DNA of 64,000 nt, taken from positions 32,001 through 96,000 of the IMG/VR virus record IMGVR_UViG_3300021185_001461; one strand, given 5' to 3'. Below the pieces are notes generated by a model, which saw only the letters and a program-made list of their open reading frames with translations, did not search any database and was not told the origin of the DNA. The translations under genes and the position numbers were made by a program. The stretch is from a virus. Shown here in pieces: positions 28,196 through 39,100 of the stretch; position 1 is the first letter of the stretch, and every line of letters begins with the position of its first letter.

Positions 28196-29359
28196 TTACT
28201 GGAATGACAAGTTACCTGAGTTAACATCAATTTTAGATAGGTAATCAGCTGCGTTACCAAGAGATGAAGCTTGGTTGTTTAGCTCAACATAACCATAACG
28301 TGTCATAAATGATACTGTTGGTTCGAATGTTGCCGGATCTAATACTGTGCCTGAGCTCATTAGTGGGATGTATGGGCAGTAAAATGCTGCTGCATCAATC
28401 TCACCGTCGCCTTTATAGCCAACTAGTACTGGAGCATTATCTGCCGCGTACTGGTCAACAAAAACACGCATAGTGCCGTTCAAAGTACCAACAAATTTAG
28501 TGTTAGTTGGAGCTTCGAATGGTCCTTCAGTTGTTCTTGCGAACGCTGAAGTTGTTGCACTTTGTAGTACAGTTAACATTGTTGGTGAAATAACAACGTA
28601 GTTACCTGCGCCTCTACGTGTACGTGCTGCGATTAAGTTAGCTGATCTGTTAATAAGAACTGCCAACGCCGCATGCTGGTCTCCAACAAACGTTGCTGTA
28701 CCAGAAACGTTACCCTGGTCATATGTGTCTGTTGCCGTACCCGCTAATGTGCGAAGTGAAGTTAAAACTTCTTGATCAATCTCAGCAGTAATTTCTTGTG
28801 CAAGTGCTTGCATAATTTCTGCTTCAACGTCTAGACCGTGCATTGAATTAGCATCTTGTGCCGCTTCAAAAGTCCAACGTGCTGATAATTTACGTGTTTT
28901 CGCTTCAACAGTTTGTTTCAATACTTGGATTGAAAGCTTCTTACCAGCTTCTGCCTCTAGTGCTGAAGTTGAAGTTGCTGTACCGTTTGATGCGTCACCT
29001 GAGTAACCTTTTGCAATTGCGAAAGGTGATAGTGCTTCATCACCAGCTGTTACGCCAGCTGCTGTTTGGCCATATCTTACTCTTAATGTGTGAATTTGTC
29101 CTACTGGACCTGTCATAGGTTGTACACCTACTAGTTCGTTTGCGATAACTGTTGGCATCACACGACGAATAACTGGAAGAATCACTTTGTTAAGTGATGC
29201 TACGTTACCTGCCATAGTTGTGCCAGCATTAGCTGATTCTGAAAGGTAGCCCTTAGTGTTTTCTAGGACTGATTCCATTACAACCTTTTTGTTACCTTCT
29301 AAGCCATCTGTAAGGGCGTCTTTTGTAACGTCCCAATTTTCAAATAGATTCTGTGTCAT
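28196..29359 (-). CDS. Major capsid protein (gp23-like)
   Basis: VIRRVMPTVIANELVGVQPMTGPVGQI, VEAKTRKLSARWTFEAAQD, FYCPYIPL, FMTRYG. Confidence 0.96.
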   Translation of the reverse strand: MTQNLFENWDVTKDALTDGLEGNKKVVMESVLENTKGYLSESANAGTTMAGNVASLNKVILPVIRRVMPTVIANELVGVQPMTGPVGQIHTLRVRYGQTAAGVTAGDEALSPFAIAKGYSGDASNGTATSTSALEAEAGKKLSIQVLKQTVEAKTRKLSARWTFEAAQDANSMHGLDVEAEIMQALAQEITAEIDQEVLTSLRTLAGTATDTYDQGNVSGTATFVGDQHAALAVLINRSANLIAARTRRGAGNYVVISPTMLTVLQSATTSAFARTTEGPFEAPTNTKFVGTLNGTMRVFVDQYAADNAPVLVGYKGDGEIDAAAFYCPYIPLMSSGTVLDPATFEPTVSFMTRYGYVELNNQASSLGNAADYLSKIDVNSGNLSFQ

Positions 29360-29371
29360 TTGGAATTCTCC

Positions 29372-30469
29372 TTAGTTGATTCCTGCTAACTTTTTAAGGT
29401 TAATAATTTCGGCTTTACTATCAGTTTCCTGAGTCGTGTCTGCCTTGTTACCGGTAATCTCAGTCTTCTGAGATTCTGTTAGTTTTTGTGACTTAACTGG
29501 GCTTGATTCGTTTAATACTGTTGGTAAGTATTTGTTGAATTGAGCTTTAAGTTTACTTGTGCTTACGCTTTCAAGTAAATTGTTCATTAATTCACGCTTA
29601 TCTTTAGATAGTGGAGACATAAGTTCAGTCATAACTGCCTCACGCTCACGGCTTTCATTGATCTTCGCAACTTGTTTTTCTGCTACATCAATCTTTGCCT
29701 CTCTATCTGCAATTTCTTTTTGTGATTCGTCAAGTTGACTTTTCACATCTGAAAGTTCTTTTGAAAGTTTTGAAATGTGTGTTCCTTCAGCTATATGAGA
29801 ACTCATAAACTCAGCTGCAAAAGTTTCGAACAATTTACGTCCGAACATATTTTCTTTTGCTTGCTTGATGTCTTCTTTCAACGTACCTAATTCTGTTGAC
29901 AATGTTGTATCAACAATACTAGCTAGTTTGCCAGAAGCTTTGTTTATAAAGTCTTCTTTTGCTTTAGTGATCATTTCTTTACCTTCCGCGACAAGTTTTA
30001 CCTTTTGTTCAATAAGGTCTTTCTTATCACTATGGAATTCATTAAGTTCTGAAGTAAGTTGTTCCATCACAAAATCTTCTAGCTTCTCAAAGTTGCCTTC
30101 TTGTAGCTTTCTGTCTTTGCGTAGTTCTGTAATTTCCTTGTTAAGCGTTTCCATAACAAACTTATCAAGTATTTCTGCATGTTGCGAAATTTGACGTTTA
30201 TACTCAACTTGAGCTTCTACTGCCGCTTTTTTGTCCGCTGCAAATTCTTTCAATTCGGTATTAATCGTATCTGATACCATGGCATCTAGTGCTTCCACCA
30301 TTGATGTCTTATCAGTTTCGTACCTGTTAGCGAATTCTTCACGTAATTCAGCAGTGATCTCTTCACGAGCTTCTGTTAAACGTTCTTCCCATGCTTCTGA
30401 AAGTGTTGAACGCACTTCCTCAGAAAGGACTTCGGAACTTAGGAGTTGTTCTATTGCATTATTAGCCAT
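29372..30469 (-). CDS. Prohead core scaffold protein (gp22-like)
   Basis: Glu/Lys-rich coiled coil between protease and MCP; FGRKLFETFAAEF. Confidence 0.85.
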   Translation of the reverse strand: MANNAIEQLLSSEVLSEEVRSTLSEAWEERLTEAREEITAELREEFANRYETDKTSMVEALDAMVSDTINTELKEFAADKKAAVEAQVEYKRQISQHAEILDKFVMETLNKEITELRKDRKLQEGNFEKLEDFVMEQLTSELNEFHSDKKDLIEQKVKLVAEGKEMITKAKEDFINKASGKLASIVDTTLSTELGTLKEDIKQAKENMFGRKLFETFAAEFMSSHIAEGTHISKLSKELSDVKSQLDESQKEIADREAKIDVAEKQVAKINESREREAVMTELMSPLSKDKRELMNNLLESVSTSKLKAQFNKYLPTVLNESSPVKSQKLTESQKTEITGNKADTTQETDSKAEIINLKKLAGIN

Positions 30470-31099
30470 CTAGCTTCTCCTAATGTTTAGTTTTTCAATG
30501 AACTTTAATACTTCCTTCTGGAGGTATGTTTCGGCTAAATTATCGTCTTTTGCCGCAGCAGCAACGTCAAGTAAGATGTTACCACGATGACCATTCATAA
30601 TTTGTTCATATAAAGGATCTGGGTAGGCATCTGGTGCACTTGGGTTAGCAACAATATCAACAGTTTGTATTTCAAAATCACTGACATTACCGCTTTCTGC
30701 TACATTACCACTACCTCTTGACGAAACGCCAAGTTTTACTCCATTCTCTAATAGGGTTTTACAAATATTTCCCATCGGAGTAGGTAGCAATTTTAAACGA
30801 CCATAACCGTCTTGACCGTCCATCCACATTTTTTCAATCATGTGAGATACACGGTCTAAATTAACTTGCAAATCATCTGGATGATCTGCTTCGCCTAATA
30901 CTGAATAACCAGTTTCAATTTTTTCTTGTATTGCCTTAACGGCTTTTGAAATTTCATTAACTGGATAAACTCTACTATTCTGATTACGCTTGTCACCTTG
31001 TACAAAGATACCTTGCATAAACAAGTTCTTACCTTCCTGATCTGACTCAGTAATGATTTTCGCTTGATCATAACTTAGATTCTCTTTAAGTGTAAGCAT
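30470..31099 (-). CDS. Prohead protease (gp21-like)
   Basis: GIFVQGDKRNQNSRVYP, LGEADHP, GVSSRGSG, DIVANPSAPDA. Confidence 0.95.
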   Translation of the reverse strand: MLTLKENLSYDQAKIITESDQEGKNLFMQGIFVQGDKRNQNSRVYPVNEISKAVKAIQEKIETGYSVLGEADHPDDLQVNLDRVSHMIEKMWMDGQDGYGRLKLLPTPMGNICKTLLENGVKLGVSSRGSGNVAESGNVSDFEIQTVDIVANPSAPDAYPDPLYEQIMNGHRGNILLDVAAAAKDDNLAETYLQKEVLKFIEKLNIRRS

Positions 31100-31101
31100 A
31101 A

Positions 31102-31956
31102 TTAGTTACTCTTGCCTTTTTTCTCAGCGCCGTGTCCTTTTGGTTCTGCTTTAAGATCGCCTGCCTCTTGTGGGCCAGTTACGTTCATATCTTTAGCATC
31201 GCCTGTTAGACCTTTTTTTGCACCTTCTGAAGATTTCTTAGACATGTCTACTGCTTTGCCGCCCATGTCGTTCTTACCTGCAACTGGTGACGCTTTACCG
31301 TCATCGCCTGCTGGCATACTTACTGGAGCTGCTTTTAGTTCTGCACCTTCTTCGATTTCTTCTGAGTCTTCATCAGTTTCAGCATCAGTTTCTTCAATTA
31401 CTGGAGATACTGCTTCTTCCATTTCTGGTTCCATTTCTGGTTCCATTTCTGGTTCCATTTCTGGCATAGCTTCTTCTTCTGAATCACCCATTACTTTGGC
31501 AAATTCTGCTTTAAGATCAGCTAGTGCGTCTTCGACGTTTACTAACTTATCTTCAATTTCTTCATGCTCTTCTTCGTGATCGTCTGTTTCACCGTCACTG
31601 TCGAAGTCCATGTCGCCATCTTCATCAGATAGTTCCATTTCAGCTTCTGGCTCTGTTAGCTCAGATTCAGGTGCGTCTTCGCCCTCTTCATCTTCGCCGT
31701 ACATTTCCTCGGCTTTAATTTCCTCATCGTCTTCTTCGATGTCGTCGATAAAGTCATCAGCTTTTTCTCCGCCGATCGCTTCATCTATTTCTTCTTCCGC
31801 TACTTCATCTTCAACAACTTCGTCAGCTTCGACTAGGTCATTCCAGATTTCACGTGCTTTTTCTACGAATGCTTCGTGTAATAAATCAGAAGCTTTTGCT
31901 TCTTCACCATTAACTAGGCTTTCTATCACTTTAATATAACGTTCGCGAGTACTCAT
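31102..31956 (-). CDS. Highly acidic prohead core protein
   Basis: Asp/Glu-rich; lies between portal and protease; ATG at 31956 follows AAGGAG; late box at 31990-31997. Confidence 0.7.
   Translation of the reverse strand: MSTRERYIKVIESLVNGEEAKASDLLHEAFVEKAREIWNDLVEADEVVEDEVAEEEIDEAIGGEKADDFIDDIEEDDEEIKAEEMYGEDEEGEDAPESELTEPEAEMELSDEDGDMDFDSDGETDDHEEEHEEIEDKLVNVEDALADLKAEFAKVMGDSEEEAMPEMEPEMEPEMEPEMEEAVSPVIEETDAETDEDSEEIEEGAELKAAPVSMPAGDDGKASPVAGKNDMGGKAVDMSKKSSEGAKKGLTGDAKDMNVTGPQEAGDLKAEPKGHGAEKKGKSN
31417..31464. repeat. 12-bp tandem repeat, 4 exact copies (PEME)
   Basis: ttccatttctgg x4, encoding PEMEPEMEPEMEPEME. Confidence 0.95.
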
Positions 31957-32027
31957 TTGACATTCTCCTTTATCGAGGTTATAACACATGTATTTAGTCT
32001 TACTGCTAGGCAAGATATCTTAAATAC

Positions 32028-32057
32028 AAAAAAAACCGCGGTTTTGATGCCACGGTT
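32028..32057 (-). terminator. Probable intrinsic terminator
   Basis: aaccgtgg-catcaaaa-ccgcggtt followed by a U-run. Confidence 0.65.
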
Positions 32058-32090
32058 AGGGTTTTATGCATTATAAGTGTATATTACTTA

Positions 32091-32285
32091 CTATGCTTCG
32101 GGGCTAGCGCCGTACTGTAGTTGCACATCTTCTATCTTATCTGCATGCTCACTACGAGTCATTTCGCGTCTATTACGCATTTTATTTAGATGTTTTAGCG
32201 TCAATTTAGGTCTACGAGTATCATCCTCGTCCCATTTATTGAAGTTATCATCTTGTTCGTTTTGTGCTAATTCATTAAATCGCAT
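32091..32285 (-). CDS. Small head-module protein
   Basis: MRFNELAQNE..DTRRPKLTLKHLNKMR..VQLQYG; overlaps the portal end. Confidence 0.7.
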   Translation of the reverse strand: MRFNELAQNEQDDNFNKWDEDDTRRPKLTLKHLNKMRNRREMTRSEHADKIEDVQLQYGASPEA

Positions 32286-33948
32286 CGTCTGGTACTCCTG
32301 TGTCTCCACCTAGATCGGCATCGCCACCGTCTGTTGGTAGATCATCTAATCCTTCGTCACCGGCATTCTCTGCTCCTACATCTGTAGGTTCAAAACTATC
32401 TACGTCTGAGCCTCTTAGACCCATTCCGCCTAAGTCACCTGTTGCCGATCCTGCTGGCTTGTTACCAGCTTGATTTTCTTCTTTCCACATTCTTTCATTC
32501 TCAACCATTTCTTCTTCGTTAAGTCCCAAGTATCTTTGAAGTATAAATCTCTTAGATAAGTATGGAACTGCTTCAATAGAACTGAATAGGTTTGCCTTTT
32601 GAGCATCAATTTCAATGTTTCTATATTGTGAGAAACTTTGTGGTTCAGTAAATGATAAATTAAATAAACTAGCACTAACATCTAGTCCTCTGTGCTTACA
32701 GAATAATTTAAACTCGTGGTCTAATGTTTGTTGTAGTGTTAGTTGTAATCTTTCACAATACTTTGCAAAACGGAATTCTTGGATCATTGCAGTACCAATA
32801 CGTCCGTCATTAAACGCCGCTATACCGTCTTCACTTCCAGTTGGAAGGTACGATGTTGGTACACGAAGTCCACGCATTAACTTGTTATTAAAGTACTTTA
32901 AATCATCAATCTCACCAAGGTTTTCACCGCCTGGTAATACTTCAACTTTAGATCCACGTCCTTCTGCTGTTTGGGCAAAGAAGTAATCTTCCATAATTGA
33001 TAATGGGTTATATGAAGCGTCAACAACTTTTGTACCACCACCACTCATATTTGGAATACGTGTTTGGTGTACTTCGTTTTTAACTCTTTCCACAAAGCCC
33101 ATTGCCTTGTGTGCTGGCATGTTACCAACATCAATATAAAATACTCTACGTTCTGGTGCACGTTGTACACGATAGATAATAATACTGTCTTCTAATAATT
33201 CTTTTTGTTTATATACTTTAAATACTGGTTCTAGTATACTGTCACCAAATGGCCAGTTACTGTTCATTCCATCACTTAAACTAACATGTACTATATGTTT
33301 TGAATCTACTGCAAACTCTGAATTTTGTCCGCCTGATGAATTTGGTGTTACAATTCCTGCATTTCCTTTGCCAACTGTATAACCTGTTGTTGGATTTACC
33401 GCAGTTGCATCAGAATGTTTTTTAGTATCAGTTGCAACCATGTCTTGTAAATTAAGTGCAATATTTTTAATAATGTACTGATCAATTTCTCTGCCTTCGC
33501 TTTCGTTAACAATAGCTTTGGCAACATCGCCTGGTTGAACAAATATAAGTTTATATGTTTCTGGATCTCTAATAAAAAACTGATCACCGTATTTGATACA
33601 TGATCTAAACATAGTAAATATTCTACGTTCGAGATTATTAATATTAACCCATTGTCTTAGTGTGGTTTCTAATGCAGTTACTTCCGAATCTGTTGGAGTT
33701 GTTTTATAGTTGATTTCAAAAGGCAAACTTGATTCTGGATCTACTTGTGTACTAAATTCTGCAATAGTATCTAATGCCGCATTAATTTCACTGTCTTGAT
33801 CCATTTGATCATACTGTGTATAACGCTCAATACGATTCGGTTGGCCCGAATATACTTCTGGTAACCAACTTTGCCAGCGGTTTGTTTTAGCATTACCACT
33901 GCTACTGCCAGATGGGTCGTATTTTGTAAAGTGTTTTTTCCAACTCAT
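32275..33948 (-). CDS. Portal protein (gp20-like)
   Basis: LLEDSIIIYRVQRAPERRVFYIDVGNMP, MEDYFF, GRGSKVEVLPGGENLGEIDD. Confidence 0.96.
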   Translation of the reverse strand: MSWKKHFTKYDPSGSSSGNAKTNRWQSWLPEVYSGQPNRIERYTQYDQMDQDSEINAALDTIAEFSTQVDPESSLPFEINYKTTPTDSEVTALETTLRQWVNINNLERRIFTMFRSCIKYGDQFFIRDPETYKLIFVQPGDVAKAIVNESEGREIDQYIIKNIALNLQDMVATDTKKHSDATAVNPTTGYTVGKGNAGIVTPNSSGGQNSEFAVDSKHIVHVSLSDGMNSNWPFGDSILEPVFKVYKQKELLEDSIIIYRVQRAPERRVFYIDVGNMPAHKAMGFVERVKNEVHQTRIPNMSGGGTKVVDASYNPLSIMEDYFFAQTAEGRGSKVEVLPGGENLGEIDDLKYFNNKLMRGLRVPTSYLPTGSEDGIAAFNDGRIGTAMIQEFRFAKYCERLQLTLQQTLDHEFKLFCKHRGLDVSASLFNLSFTEPQSFSQYRNIEIDAQKANLFSSIEAVPYLSKRFILQRYLGLNEEEMVENERMWKEENQAGNKPAGSATGDLGGMGLRGSDVDSFEPTDVGAENAGDEGLDDLPTDGGDADLGGDTGVPDDAI

Positions 33949-33986
33949 AATGTGTGCCTTTTATTGTATTTGTATTTATCCATCTC

Positions 33987-36134
33987 TTATTGATGTAATC
34001 CTGCCGCTAAGTTATATTGATCATTCATATCATTTCTATTTTCTATTAATGCTCTATCTTCATGTACTTTTATTTGTTTTTGAATTGCATCATATTCTAA
34101 TTGGCTATTCTTCATCATTGCAGAAATCAAATCAGGTCTACCTGCAGCCATTTTATTACTAATTGTACGCTCTTTCATAAGTTCTGTCAACCTATCTTTT
34201 AGTTCAGGTAACGTAAGTTCGGCTATTTCTGCTAATACTAATTGATTTGAGCCCGAATCTGGCGTTATTGTTTCAGTGGCACTTGCATTTTCTGGTGATA
34301 CAGATGAATTTTCTGCATCGTCATCATTTGTTTGATGATATTGTTTAGCCCAGCTATCAAGAAAGCTACGTGACATATCATTTGTATTTTCTTTATACTC
34401 GTCTGTGGTATTAATGTCGTTTATTTCAACTGATTGTGCAGAATTTTCTGCTGCGTCAATACTGCCTTCATTGGATGTTGTTTCTGGGTTTTCTTGTCTA
34501 TAGTCTTTAAATAGATCAGCAAAGAAACCTGCACCACTGGCTAGCATTTCTGTTGTAAGTTTTAATTTATCAGCTAGGGTCTGCATATCCAGTGTAATAA
34601 ACTCTTGTGCAGTTAAAAATGCTTTTGACATATTATTCATTGCAACTGTTGCCGTGCCTGATTCAGCATAGAGTTCTTTTAGTCTTGCTGATTCTTCTTC
34701 CAGTTCTACTCCGTCTAGTCCTGCCATATTTTTCATAATTAAAATAATAGTATCTTGAAAGTCTTGAGCTCCGCCTAATAATGTTCCAGTGGCTGCGGAT
34801 GCGGCCAACTTATCTAAGTCTGCTGATTTAAGAATATCAAAAATCATAGTAGCTGAAATTTCTCCATTAGATGCTTCTGCTTCTCTAACTGCGTTATTAA
34901 TATCATCTAGCATATTTGGTGCAATTGCTTCAATTAGTGCTATTGCGTTTTCATCAATACCTGCCAATACTTGTGTAATATTAAAATTACTCATATCTCC
35001 AGAAAACTGAGATGTTGCTCTAGCAAGTGCTAATTGTATATTGTCTACTAAATTTGAAGGACCAATACCTTGAAACAATGATAATTGTTTAGTTAAATCT
35101 CCTACAACGGCAGCTGTATCTTCCATTCCTCGGTCTTCTAACGTTGATAAACCTGCTGCTAAATTTACATCACTTAATGCAGATAGCATTTTATTCATAG
35201 CTTCACTTCTACTTAAGGCTGTTAGGTTTGCTACTGCGCCTGCTTCCATTACTAGATTTTGAAAACTAGATTCTAACTCTTCGCCACCGTTTGCTAGTTT
35301 TCTATCTAATGAACCAGTTAAACGTTGAACTTCTATATACCCTGCATATGTGTTTAATAATTCTTTATTTGTTAATCCCAAGTCTCCTAGCTCGTCTACG
35401 CTCAGTTCTACTCTCTTAAATAATTTCATCATTGTTTGAGAACCTTTTGATACATCTCCGCCTAGGCCTACCATTGTTCCGCCAAAGTTAGCAACTGTTT
35501 CTGAAAAGGTTTTATATGTTAGTCCTGATTGAAAAGCATCTGTATACAACTCATTAAATGCATCAGCAGTGTCAAAAACAACTGCACCACTGTCTATCAT
35601 ACTTTTTTGTACTTCTGCAAATTGTTCAAACTTGGCTGCATTCCAACCTGCCCATGCTAAACCAATATCCACTGCAACGTTGGCCATTTGCTTTCCTGTG
35701 GTCTTCATAAAGTGTTTAAATGGACCATCTAGTTCTGAAGCTGCTGCAGTTAATTTACCATCGGTTCCTTTTAATTTGTTTACTACTGTTTCTGTTACTT
35801 TTACTAAGCTGGTTAATGGCTTTTCTGAATCACCAAAAAATCCTGCGGTATCTCTTACTGCTTGAGCACCTTTTAATAATAAACTTGTTCTTGCTTTACC
35901 TTCTTTTTGATTTACGTCTGCATTGTTTATTCCAATTTGTGTATTTGTTTTAACTGCGTCAATTATCTCATCATCTAGATCTTTATTCTTTGTTACTGTG
36001 CTCATTAACTTGCCAGTAAGTTTTACAGCATTAGCTGACTGATTGGCTAATGCTGATAATGTGGATTCACTAGCCCAAGCAGGAATTTCAAGTGTATCTT
36101 CACCTACTGGTATATTATATTTTTTATCTGCCAT
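33987..36134 (-). CDS. Tape-measure-like helical protein B
   Basis: 715 aa, Ala/Leu/Gly-rich helical composition; paralogous to the adjacent gene. Confidence 0.55.
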   Translation of the reverse strand: MADKKYNIPVGEDTLEIPAWASESTLSALANQSANAVKLTGKLMSTVTKNKDLDDEIIDAVKTNTQIGINNADVNQKEGKARTSLLLKGAQAVRDTAGFFGDSEKPLTSLVKVTETVVNKLKGTDGKLTAAASELDGPFKHFMKTTGKQMANVAVDIGLAWAGWNAAKFEQFAEVQKSMIDSGAVVFDTADAFNELYTDAFQSGLTYKTFSETVANFGGTMVGLGGDVSKGSQTMMKLFKRVELSVDELGDLGLTNKELLNTYAGYIEVQRLTGSLDRKLANGGEELESSFQNLVMEAGAVANLTALSRSEAMNKMLSALSDVNLAAGLSTLEDRGMEDTAAVVGDLTKQLSLFQGIGPSNLVDNIQLALARATSQFSGDMSNFNITQVLAGIDENAIALIEAIAPNMLDDINNAVREAEASNGEISATMIFDILKSADLDKLAASAATGTLLGGAQDFQDTIILIMKNMAGLDGVELEEESARLKELYAESGTATVAMNNMSKAFLTAQEFITLDMQTLADKLKLTTEMLASGAGFFADLFKDYRQENPETTSNEGSIDAAENSAQSVEINDINTTDEYKENTNDMSRSFLDSWAKQYHQTNDDDAENSSVSPENASATETITPDSGSNQLVLAEIAELTLPELKDRLTELMKERTISNKMAAGRPDLISAMMKNSQLEYDAIQKQIKVHEDRALIENRNDMNDQYNLAAGLHQ

Positions 36135-38167
36135 TAAAATGCTCCTTCTGTTCGCCAGTTGCTAGTAAATGAATTACTACCGGGTGCTTGTGCTTTATAA
36201 TCATTATCTTTTTCTTGTAGTCTAATTAGATACTCCCTCGAGTCCCTTAATCTATCTTCTAACATCAGATACTGTGTTTCTATTGCTGATATTTGATCTT
36301 CAGTCATAAACTCTGTCTGTCCTTCAATTATTTCGCCTGCATCATTTTTCCAATTTGGATTTTCAAATTTGTCACGTCTAATAAATTCACCGTCTTCATT
36401 CTCAAGAAGGTTGCCTTCGTCGTCGATCTCATAAAGTAGACCTCTGTTGCCTTCGATTTCTGATGCTAAAGTATCTATGTGTTCGTTTACACGAGTTATT
36501 GCGTTAGTTATATTATATTCGTTGACTTCGGCTAATCGCTTTTGGATGTTTTCTTCCTTCATCTCTGCAACGCCTTCTTCCCATCGTTCTTCGTTTCCAA
36601 ATGCTCTACTAATTGCACTACCAAAATTCATAACACCATCTGACAGCACACTAAATCCATGTCCCATTGCAGAAAATCCAGGTGTTAATAATTCTTGTGC
36701 ATTTTGAAATGCAATTGCCATATTATTCATTACTTCAATGCTGGCATCTGATTGATCGGCATAATTAGCAAAGAAATCAGTACTTAATGTATCTAAGTCT
36801 GCTCTTAAAAATTCCGTACCACCTGCAGCAGTTTTGGCTGTAGAAATGAGATCATTGTATTTCTGAAGTTGAGGATCGTTTCCTGTTACTACCATCTCTG
36901 AATTTTTTAAAAGCCTAAATATTTCTCTGTACGCTTCAATTGTTTCTTGTTCGTTTTTAAATTGCCCTGTACCTAATTTTTCTACAAAGCTAATTATTTC
37001 TGCTGATGCTCCTGGAGTTGATTGTAAAGTCTTTATCCATTCTTCACTAATATTATTTGCTGCAGAATCGTCATATGAAATATCACCTACAAATCCTGCT
37101 ATCATTTCTTCCATAAACATTGCAAAGTCTGATCCCATAAGTGCTTCATTCATTACTCTAACAGTACCCACTGCGTCATTGATATTTGCCTCTGCAGCCT
37201 CGCCGTATGTTTCTTTAATATGTTCTGCATTTTGTATCATTGCTACTCTTATATCAACATTTTGTCTTGCTTCGTCTCTGAGTCTAAGTGCTTCTTCTCT
37301 TTGCATGCCAAATGCATTAGCAGTAAACAACGCAACATTGTTTGCTGTTCTATACGATTCAATTACTCGTTTTTTAGTCTTGTCATTCATAGCAGTAATC
37401 TCGCCCAACTCATACAACGTTTGTATTTCTTGTCCAATAAATCTTGTTTGGTCTTGTATACCCATTCCAAAATCTCTAAAAGTTTTATCAGAATCAATTT
37501 CTTTTGCAAATTCGGCCATCCTTAATGCACCTGCAAAAGCACTACCTTCGGCTTGTGTAATAAATGATTTTGTTTCAGACATTACATCTTCAAAATCTTT
37601 TAAGCCCATTCCTAAATCACGAGTTGCATATCTTAAATTACTCCAATGATCTATGTCAGAAACTACTGCACCAAATTCAATTAGTTTTCGTGCTTGCTTT
37701 TCTTGTTCTGTTAATAATTTTGCGAATGTTACACCAAGTCCTGTTGCAACTACAAGAGGAGTACCGGCATGCCTAGCTACTCCTTTTACTATTGCGGCAA
37801 ATTTACCCATACCAAAGCCCATATTAGATACACCAATACCTGCATTTGCTAATAATTTAGCTGCTTCGTGAGATATTTCTGCTACTGCATTGGCTGGGTT
37901 AGCATCTGCTATAATCCTTGTTAATGCTCCTTGCCCAATTACCAATGTTTTTAATGTCGCTGTTCCGGCTTTGCTGGCTTTTCTTTTACCTGTCTTAGTT
38001 TCGCGAGCCATTTCTTTTATAGCTGCTGCGTCTTTTTTACTTAAAACGGCCGCAACGGTACCCATATGAATATTTTGTTCTTGCATATTACCATTTACTT
38101 TTTGCATTGTATCCTCGGATGCCCAAGGGTACATGTTATAAATGGCGTTGATTATATCTTGATTCAT
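36134..38167 (-). CDS. Tape-measure-like helical protein A
   Basis: 677 aa, helical; divergent from the gp26-like gene; late box at 38223-38230. Confidence 0.55.
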   Translation of the reverse strand: MNQDIINAIYNMYPWASEDTMQKVNGNMQEQNIHMGTVAAVLSKKDAAAIKEMARETKTGKRKASKAGTATLKTLVIGQGALTRIIADANPANAVAEISHEAAKLLANAGIGVSNMGFGMGKFAAIVKGVARHAGTPLVVATGLGVTFAKLLTEQEKQARKLIEFGAVVSDIDHWSNLRYATRDLGMGLKDFEDVMSETKSFITQAEGSAFAGALRMAEFAKEIDSDKTFRDFGMGIQDQTRFIGQEIQTLYELGEITAMNDKTKKRVIESYRTANNVALFTANAFGMQREEALRLRDEARQNVDIRVAMIQNAEHIKETYGEAAEANINDAVGTVRVMNEALMGSDFAMFMEEMIAGFVGDISYDDSAANNISEEWIKTLQSTPGASAEIISFVEKLGTGQFKNEQETIEAYREIFRLLKNSEMVVTGNDPQLQKYNDLISTAKTAAGGTEFLRADLDTLSTDFFANYADQSDASIEVMNNMAIAFQNAQELLTPGFSAMGHGFSVLSDGVMNFGSAISRAFGNEERWEEGVAEMKEENIQKRLAEVNEYNITNAITRVNEHIDTLASEIEGNRGLLYEIDDEGNLLENEDGEFIRRDKFENPNWKNDAGEIIEGQTEFMTEDQISAIETQYLMLEDRLRDSREYLIRLQEKDNDYKAQAPGSNSFTSNWRTEGAF

Positions 38168-38269
38168 GCTATTCCTATTATATGGTATTTTAATTCAGAT
38201 AAATACTATTGTACATATACTACTATTTATGGAAATCATAATGTAAGTATATAATTGGAGACGTAAAAT

Positions 38270-39100
38270 ATGACAAACCCATTAATTCAAGCATATAGAA
38301 AACCTGCTTTGTACATTCCATTACCAAGTAAAGGTGAGTTTTATAAAACAAAACCTAAACTTAGTATAGATGGCGAGCTGGCAATATATGCCATGACAGC
38401 AAGGGATGAGCTTATAACTAAAACACCAGATGCTCTGTTTAACGGAGAAGCTACAATAAGTGTGATTAAAAGTTGTTGCCCTGACATTGATGAACCAAAA
38501 ACAATGCCAGTAAGCGATCTACTTGTAATCTTAGTAGGGATTAGACAAGCAAGCTATGGTAAAAATATTGACATGGATGTTAAATGTCCAAAATGTGATT
38601 TTGATAATCAACTATCACTGGACGCAAACATTATGTTAGCAAAGGCTAAACCAAACCCAGTCGAAAGAAGTGTTACATTGCCTAGTGAATTTAAAATTGT
38701 ATGTAATCCATACACGCTAGAAGATAGAACTATGCTCCAGATTCAACAAATTAAACAAAATAAAATGATACAAGGATTAGCAAGTGATAAACTTGATGAT
38801 ACTATGCGTCAAGAATTGTTTGGAAAAACATTTGTTGAAATTGCAGAACTTACAGTCAGTTTAATTACTAACAGTATTGTAAGTGTTCAGGGTAAAGAAA
38901 CAGATTTAATCGAAGACAAAGAAATGATTCGCGAGTGGTTACAAAGTATCACTAAGTCAGATTATGAAGCAATTAGAACTAAGGTAGAACAATTAAGTGA
39001 AAGCGGATTAGAAACCGAATTTACTGCTAACTGCCAAAGTTGTAGTCATAGTTGGAAAACTGGTGTAGACTTGGACATCGCAAATTTTTTCGGGGGCTGA
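38270..39100 (+). CDS. Baseplate hub assembly protein (gp26-like)
   Basis: NPL..YRKPALYIPLPSKG, MTARDE, IRQASYG, CPKC and CQSC, ends NFFGG; late box at 38198-38206. Confidence 0.85.
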   Translation: MTNPLIQAYRKPALYIPLPSKGEFYKTKPKLSIDGELAIYAMTARDELITKTPDALFNGEATISVIKSCCPDIDEPKTMPVSDLLVILVGIRQASYGKNIDMDVKCPKCDFDNQLSLDANIMLAKAKPNPVERSVTLPSEFKIVCNPYTLEDRTMLQIQQIKQNKMIQGLASDKLDDTMRQELFGKTFVEIAELTVSLITNSIVSVQGKETDLIEDKEMIREWLQSITKSDYEAIRTKVEQLSESGLETEFTANCQSCSHSWKTGVDLDIANFFGG

